The notes under the pieces: model-generated
What the model was told of the DNA's origin: nothing
Seen by the model: only the letters and a program-made list of their open reading frames with translations
Databases searched by the model: none
Origin: a virus
Lineage: Duplodnaviria; Caudoviricetes
Reading direction: 5' to 3' (one strand)
DNA: 28,562 nucleotides
Virus record (IMG/VR): IMGVR_UViG_3300028863_000011
Span: 1 to 28,562 of that record
Position numbers and translations under genes: made by a program
In this document: positions 24,025 through 28,562 of the stretch, piece after piece
How the letters are laid out: each line of letters begins with the position of its first letter
How positions within the stretch are numbered: the stretch's first letter is position 1

Positions 24025-24693
24025 TCAGGCCCCCGCATCGCACAGATACAAGAACTGGCAGCCGGGCGATTGCAGTTCGATCAGTGCGTTAAGTGCAATC
24101 GTGCATGCGGTAGCCAGCACTTCATCACGGGCGCCGCCTACGCCGGCGTAGGCGGCGTAGGCGGCGGCGTAGGCGGCGTAGGCGGCGTAGGCGGCGGCGT
24201 AGGCGGCGGCGTAGGCGGCGTAGGCGTAGGCGTAGGTGCGTGCTACTGACTTAGCATTTAACGCAGCTTCGCGATTGCCGTCCTTTTCACACTGTCGCGC
24301 AGCTGCTTCGAGTTTCTCACTATGCGCCGGATTGCCAATCTTGGCACGTAGCGCCCGCGGCACGATCTGTCGAATAGTCTGTTCGGTCACAATGCGCACG
24401 AACTCCTGTTGATCGATGCTATCTGAACCGAGCTGCGCGACAGCCAAGCGACGCAAACCCTCGGTGCGGGCTGCATCGGAACTCCAGAGTGCGTCGTTGA
24501 TACGGATCTTGAAAATGCGCACAGCGTCGCCGACACATGTCGGCCTGTCGCTATGCGGCAAACCCATGGCGTAGCACACGGCCGCCTCGACGCACATGGC
24601 GCCTGGTGTGGGCTTACCGAGTCCGTCGACTAGCCCGGCGTCGACCGTATCGAGTACTTTGCGGGCCAACGTTTCGTTCAATTCGTAAGACAT
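24025..24693 (-). CDS. Hypothetical protein with Ala/Tyr repeat
   Basis: AAGGA RBS and upstream promoter; MCVEAAVC...HSDRPTCV...IRINDA N-terminal domain. Confidence 0.8.
   Translation of the reverse strand: MSYELNETLARKVLDTVDAGLVDGLGKPTPGAMCVEAAVCYAMGLPHSDRPTCVGDAVRIFKIRINDALWSSDAARTEGLRRLAVAQLGSDSIDQQEFVRIVTEQTIRQIVPRALRAKIGNPAHSEKLEAAARQCEKDGNREAALNAKSVARTYAYAYAAYAAAYAAAYAAYAAYAAAYAAYAGVGGARDEVLATACTIALNALIELQSPGCQFLYLCDAGA
24145..24234. repeat. Coding tandem repeat built only from GCC and TAC codons
   Basis: 90 nt of GGC and GTA triplets on the + strand, encoding YAYAYAAYAAAYAAAYAAYAAYAAAYAAYA on the - strand. Confidence 0.9.
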
Positions 24694-24723
24694 GTGCTTA
24701 TCCTTGGTGTGGTGTGTAGGGCG

Positions 24724-24752
24724 AATGTAAAGGACTATTCGGCCTTTGTCAA
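24724..24752 (-). promoter_or_regulatory. Sigma70-like promoter
   Basis: Minus strand TTGACA-17 nt-TACATT. Confidence 0.7.
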
Positions 24753-24920
24753 GCGCTTCCGCCGCGCCTCCAGCTGGCGCTGGCGCTTCAGTTCATTTCG
24801 TGCCTCGCGCCGGCCCTGTGTGTAGGCGGCCATGAGTAACGCCGTGGTTTCGTCGCGGCACATCGTGTCGGCGCGCCTCCATAGTTTCTCGAACGCGGCC
24901 GTTACGGTCTTACTGCTCAC
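24735..24920 (-). CDS. Small basic hypothetical protein
   Basis: 61 aa, GTGA overlap with the upstream stop. Confidence 0.6.
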   Translation of the reverse strand: MSSKTVTAAFEKLWRRADTMCRDETTALLMAAYTQGRREARNELKRQRQLEARRKRLTKAE

Positions 24921-25219
24921 GGCTGCACCACTGACGGAACAAACGGCGCCGTATCCGGGCAGGTCTGAAACACCAACACGATCACCTCGCGACAGTAGGT
25001 CTTTTCCTGCGGCCAGGGCTTGTCGGGCGTGGGCTTGGTGCCCATCGGGTGTTTGTGCAGCCGCGACACCATGGTGCAGTCTTTGCCAAGCCGCTGGAGC
25101 AGCTTAAGCGGGACCGGCTGGGCGCAGCTTAACCAGCGAGAGGCTTCCTCGACGGTGAACATGTCGGGCGTGCCGGCGGGCACGGCGTCATCGTAGACGG
25201 TGGGTTTGTAGGTGCTCAT
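24917..25219 (-). CDS. Hypothetical protein
   Basis: ATGA-coupled start at 25219 (MSTYKPTV). Confidence 0.7.
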   Translation of the reverse strand: MSTYKPTVYDDAVPAGTPDMFTVEEASRWLSCAQPVPLKLLQRLGKDCTMVSRLHKHPMGTKPTPDKPWPQEKTYCREVIVLVFQTCPDTAPFVPSVVQP

Positions 25220-25632
25220 GCCACCACCTGCTGCCAATCCCCCGCCGACACGTTCTGACCGCGCACGCCGCCATAGAAATGATCGCCGGGCCACACAAGC
25301 GATCCACCGTAGTACCCGTTCGACTCGTTGCGGTAGTCAATCAGCAGCTCGCCGCGATCGGTGAGGATCTTGAAACCATAGAACTCCAGCTCGCCGCCGC
25401 GCGTGTCCAACTCGGCGTGCAATTCGACCTCCTCGGCCGAGACGACTACTGCAGGGAGCCCGAGTGCAGGCAGGTCGATATGCTCGACCCACGTATGCGA
25501 GCAGCATTCCGCACGGCACTTGGCGACGATTTCGCCAGCGTCTGTGGTGAACTTGATGGCTGTTTCGTCTTCGGCCAGGTAGACGGCCGTGATGGTACGG
25601 CCGACGAGAATGTGAGTCTTAGGCTGCGACAT
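25216..25632 (-). CDS. Conserved phage hypothetical protein
   Basis: ECCSHTWVE and YRNESNGYYGGSL motifs; GGAG RBS. Confidence 0.75.
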   Translation of the reverse strand: MSQPKTHILVGRTITAVYLAEDETAIKFTTDAGEIVAKCRAECCSHTWVEHIDLPALGLPAVVVSAEEVELHAELDTRGGELEFYGFKILTDRGELLIDYRNESNGYYGGSLVWPGDHFYGGVRGQNVSAGDWQQVVA

Positions 25633-28120
25633 GGTGCAGATTCTCCGCGGTGTGGTTGGCGAAAGGGTTAGGCGCAGTTTGCACTAATGTTTCGCACATA
25701 TCAATGAAAGTTTGCGGCGCAGTGTAGTAGCGCATGCCACGACTGTCGGCGCCGGCCGTCCAACCGCGCGCCTTGAGCCAGCGCGATACCTCGTGCGCGG
25801 AGAACTTGCGCCCGGTAGCTTGCACGTCCAGCGCTACGCGGATGGCCGATGACTGCACGCGGTGCTTATCGGACATCAAGCGCTCCAGGTGAGGCGGCAG
25901 CAGGTCGTCCAGATCGGACACCGGCATACCCTCGCCGCGGCTCATGGCGTCCATGTTGTACTCGAATACCGCCTCAGCCGCTTCGCGAATCAGCCGGAAA
26001 TAACTAGCCATGTCGGTGCAGTATTTCGCTTTGGCCTCGGCGAACAGCTGGGGCACCTCGACCGACCAGTCGGACGAGGGCGACTGCAGGGTCAGTACAG
26101 GCATAAAGCGACGGTTGCCGGTCTCGTCACGGTTCAGCTCATTCTTGTTGGCTGTGCCGATCAGCACAAAGCGCCGCGGGTGGGTTTCCTCTTTCTTGTC
26201 GTAGGGCCGGCGATAGACGTCCTGGGTGTCGGTCGTCCAGCGCTTCACGTCCTCAGCATCACGCTTGCCCAGTCCGGCCATCTCGCACAGCTCATCGAGC
26301 GGCGCGCGGGCGGCGGCCATGGACATGCGCCGATCATCGGTGAAGGCAAGCTCGGTCGGTGGCGGAAAGCCCATGGCTTTAGCCATCTCGGCGATAAACA
26401 GGCCCTTGCCATGCCCTTGCGGGCCGATCAGCACCGGGACTACGGGGGCGGGCGCGCCTGGCAGTAGTTGGCGCATCACCAGGCCGGCGAGCACCGCGCG
26501 CGCAGCGTAGGACTGCGCCTCGCAGGGCACAGCGCCGAAGGTGTCGACAAACAGCGAATCGACGCGCGGCTTGCCATCCCATAGCGGCAGGCTGAGCACG
26601 GCGTCTTTCCACGGATCTACTGGATTAGCGCGTGCCAGTTCCTCCAGCGCCTCGCGCAGCGTGCCGGCGGACACGCACGAGCAGCCCAGGCGGGTCACCG
26701 CGCGCAACCATTCGCCATCCGATGGCACCTCATCACGCGAAAAGGCGTCCAGGCACACATCGAAGGTGAGGCGGATATCGGCCTGTTTGGCCAGTAGCCC
26801 TACCGCGAAAATCACGTTAGACAGGCTATTGCGTTTCTTGTCTTTCTTGTCGGGCCATTCCTCGATTACCCCGCACAGGTTCTCGGCGGCGATGTCCAGC
26901 GGGGTGGACAGCTCGGGCTCGCCGTCCATAGAGAACTCAAAGAATTCTTGCAGCTTGTGCGACCACACGCCGGGTTTGCCGTGCATGGCGACAATCTCGG
27001 CCTTGGTCTTGTGGCTTTCGGTCAGGTCCGGGCGCAATGCGTCAAACGGGTCGGCGCAGAACCGCCCCAGGTAGGTCGGCAGGTTGCCAATGATGGCCCC
27101 CGCCGGCACCGGAAGGGGGCTACCGGCCAACGCCAGGGGCCAGGACGGCGGTAGTCGCTTGTCCCCTAGGGCACGTAGCGCCTGGGCCCCGCGACGGTCA
27201 CCATCGTCCAATCCGGCGGCCAGAGCGTTCGCCTTGTGGTAGTTCAAGGCGACCTGCTTGGCCTCGACGCGCATGCGGTCTTTGGCCTGGCGCACGTTGA
27301 CCTCGAAGCGGCGGCGTTCGATGTCGCGTAGCGGCGGCAATTCCTGGGCGTCTAGCCAACCCTCGGCCGTCTTGAACTTGGCGGGGCGGCCTTGCCCCAT
27401 CACGGCGGCGCGTTCGAGCCACGACTCGGCGGGCGGCACAACGCGCTGCACGTCGCCCTCCAGCTGTGGCGCAGCCTCGAACATCAGGCGTGATGGCTGA
27501 TAGACCAGCGCGTCGGACAGCTGGCGCACCAGCAGCGCGCCCGACTTGCTGATCACAATCGAGCCGCGTCCGGTCGCCCATTGTTCGATTTGCAGGCGCT
27601 TGCCCAGCTCAGGAATGTCGGTGCCGCGCGATACCGGGACGTAGACGTGCACGCCGCGCAAACCGCGTCCGGCGACGTAGGATGAAGACGACGGGCGCGC
27701 GACACGGTAGACGTGGCGCAGCCAGGGTGAGGCGGCCTCCAGAGCGTCCAGCACCTCGCCGACGCTGCGGTACATGCCAGTCGCCGTGTCGATATCGATT
27801 GGCATCAGGGCCGGCGCATCCAGGTAACGGAAGGCCTCGTTAGTGCGCGCCACCGCAGTGGGGTTGAATTCCGCGCCGGCCCGGGTGGTGAGCAATGTGT
27901 CGCCCACTTGCGGCACGCCGCAGGTGATGGCTTGGTTGGGCTTGAGCAGCGGCAGGAACGCGGCGAGCTGTTCGGGGCCATCAATCTCGATGACCTTAGC
28001 GTTACCTGCGGTCATGTGGGCGATGGCGGAGCTGGTGACGTTGCCAAAGGCGTCCTGGCTAAACGTCTTGGTCATCGCGCAATTGTCGGCGGTGACGAGG
28101 GTGAAGCGGATGGAAGGCAT
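25619..28120 (-). CDS. Primase-helicase: AEP-like primase N-terminus plus VirE/VapE-like ATPase
   Basis: PIDID, GLRGVHVY and DALVYQPSRL (primase-like); Walker A GPQGHGKG, YRRPY and FVLIGTAN...DETGNRRFMPV (VirE/VapE). Confidence 0.85.
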   Translation of the reverse strand: MPSIRFTLVTADNCAMTKTFSQDAFGNVTSSAIAHMTAGNAKVIEIDGPEQLAAFLPLLKPNQAITCGVPQVGDTLLTTRAGAEFNPTAVARTNEAFRYLDAPALMPIDIDTATGMYRSVGEVLDALEAASPWLRHVYRVARPSSSSYVAGRGLRGVHVYVPVSRGTDIPELGKRLQIEQWATGRGSIVISKSGALLVRQLSDALVYQPSRLMFEAAPQLEGDVQRVVPPAESWLERAAVMGQGRPAKFKTAEGWLDAQELPPLRDIERRRFEVNVRQAKDRMRVEAKQVALNYHKANALAAGLDDGDRRGAQALRALGDKRLPPSWPLALAGSPLPVPAGAIIGNLPTYLGRFCADPFDALRPDLTESHKTKAEIVAMHGKPGVWSHKLQEFFEFSMDGEPELSTPLDIAAENLCGVIEEWPDKKDKKRNSLSNVIFAVGLLAKQADIRLTFDVCLDAFSRDEVPSDGEWLRAVTRLGCSCVSAGTLREALEELARANPVDPWKDAVLSLPLWDGKPRVDSLFVDTFGAVPCEAQSYAARAVLAGLVMRQLLPGAPAPVVPVLIGPQGHGKGLFIAEMAKAMGFPPPTELAFTDDRRMSMAAARAPLDELCEMAGLGKRDAEDVKRWTTDTQDVYRRPYDKKEETHPRRFVLIGTANKNELNRDETGNRRFMPVLTLQSPSSDWSVEVPQLFAEAKAKYCTDMASYFRLIREAAEAVFEYNMDAMSRGEGMPVSDLDDLLPPHLERLMSDKHRVQSSAIRVALDVQATGRKFSAHEVSRWLKARGWTAGADSRGMRYYTAPQTFIDMCETLVQTAPNPFANHTAENLHHVAA

Positions 28121-28156
28121 GGGCGCCCCGAGGTGAGTGTGGTGTGGAGGGTCAGC

Positions 28157-28498
28157 TTACGCCGTGTGATAGTCGGGTTCTACACCTGCGGGCATGATCC
28201 AGTAGGCGCGCAGTGGTCCGTACATCCGCGTGTGCGGATAGCGCTTGGCCAACTGCTTGCCCAGGCGAATGGCGTGGGTTTGGGTCGGAACCTTCGCCTT
28301 ATGGATAGCGGCGTACACCTCCCGCGAGACGATCCAGCCCGGGCGCCTCAACTCCAGCGCGTCCAGGTCCGCAGGGTCCACCACCGGAAATCCGTGTACG
28401 TCAGGCAGCACGCACGTCGTCCCATGCTTGGCGGCAAACGCTTCCGCCGCTTGGATCGCGGGCAACAACTCGCGCGCCTCATAGGGTGAATATTTCAT
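28157..28498 (-). CDS. Hypothetical protein
   Basis: 113 aa ORF upstream of the primase. Confidence 0.65.
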   Translation of the reverse strand: MKYSPYEARELLPAIQAAEAFAAKHGTTCVLPDVHGFPVVDPADLDALELRRPGWIVSREVYAAIHKAKVPTQTHAIRLGKQLAKRYPHTRMYGPLRAYWIMPAGVEPDYHTA

Positions 28499-28528
28499 AA
28501 CAAACCCGTGATTAGATAGTAGGCGGTC

Positions 28529-28557
28529 AAGTTACATAGGGCGACTCAATCCGTCAA
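28529..28557 (-). promoter_or_regulatory. Sigma70-like promoter
   Basis: Minus strand TTGACG-17 nt-TAACTT. Confidence 0.45.
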
Positions 28558-28562
28558 CCCGA

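Noticed and set aside
24145-24234. Possible CRISPR array or DGR repeat
   Set aside because: No unique spacers and no reverse transcriptase gene; it is an in-frame coding microsatellite.

Overview
This 28.6 kb GC-rich window is part of a tailed dsDNA phage genome, most likely a myovirus. Gene content and order resemble the Bcep781/Bcep1/OP2-type phages of Burkholderia and Xanthomonas (recognised from motifs, no search run). The + strand carries a morphogenesis module: putative TerS, TerL, portal, minor head protein, protease/scaffold, decoration protein, major capsid protein, head-tail proteins, an HNH endonuclease, sheath, tube and a Nudix fusion. Two reverse-strand accessory cassettes interrupt it: an RNA ligase plus DNA adenine methyltransferase island (4525-6410), and a Zn-finger nuclease plus small ORFs (9414-12255). 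The - strand from 17820 onward is an early/replication module with family A DNA polymerase, SF2 helicase, primase-VirE ATPase and small ORFs. No integrase, lysis, tape measure or baseplate genes, tRNA or CRISPR array are visible. The most notable observations are: (1) a promoter- and terminator-bounded structured ~72 nt non-coding RNA candidate at 11004-11075; (2) a recurring A-x-D (AMD) motif across head proteins that also occurs in the Nudix fusion, suggesting protease-processed capsid cargo; (3) probable leaderless transcripts; (4) a non-canonical polymerase motif C; (5) AT-rich recoded patches inside core genes.
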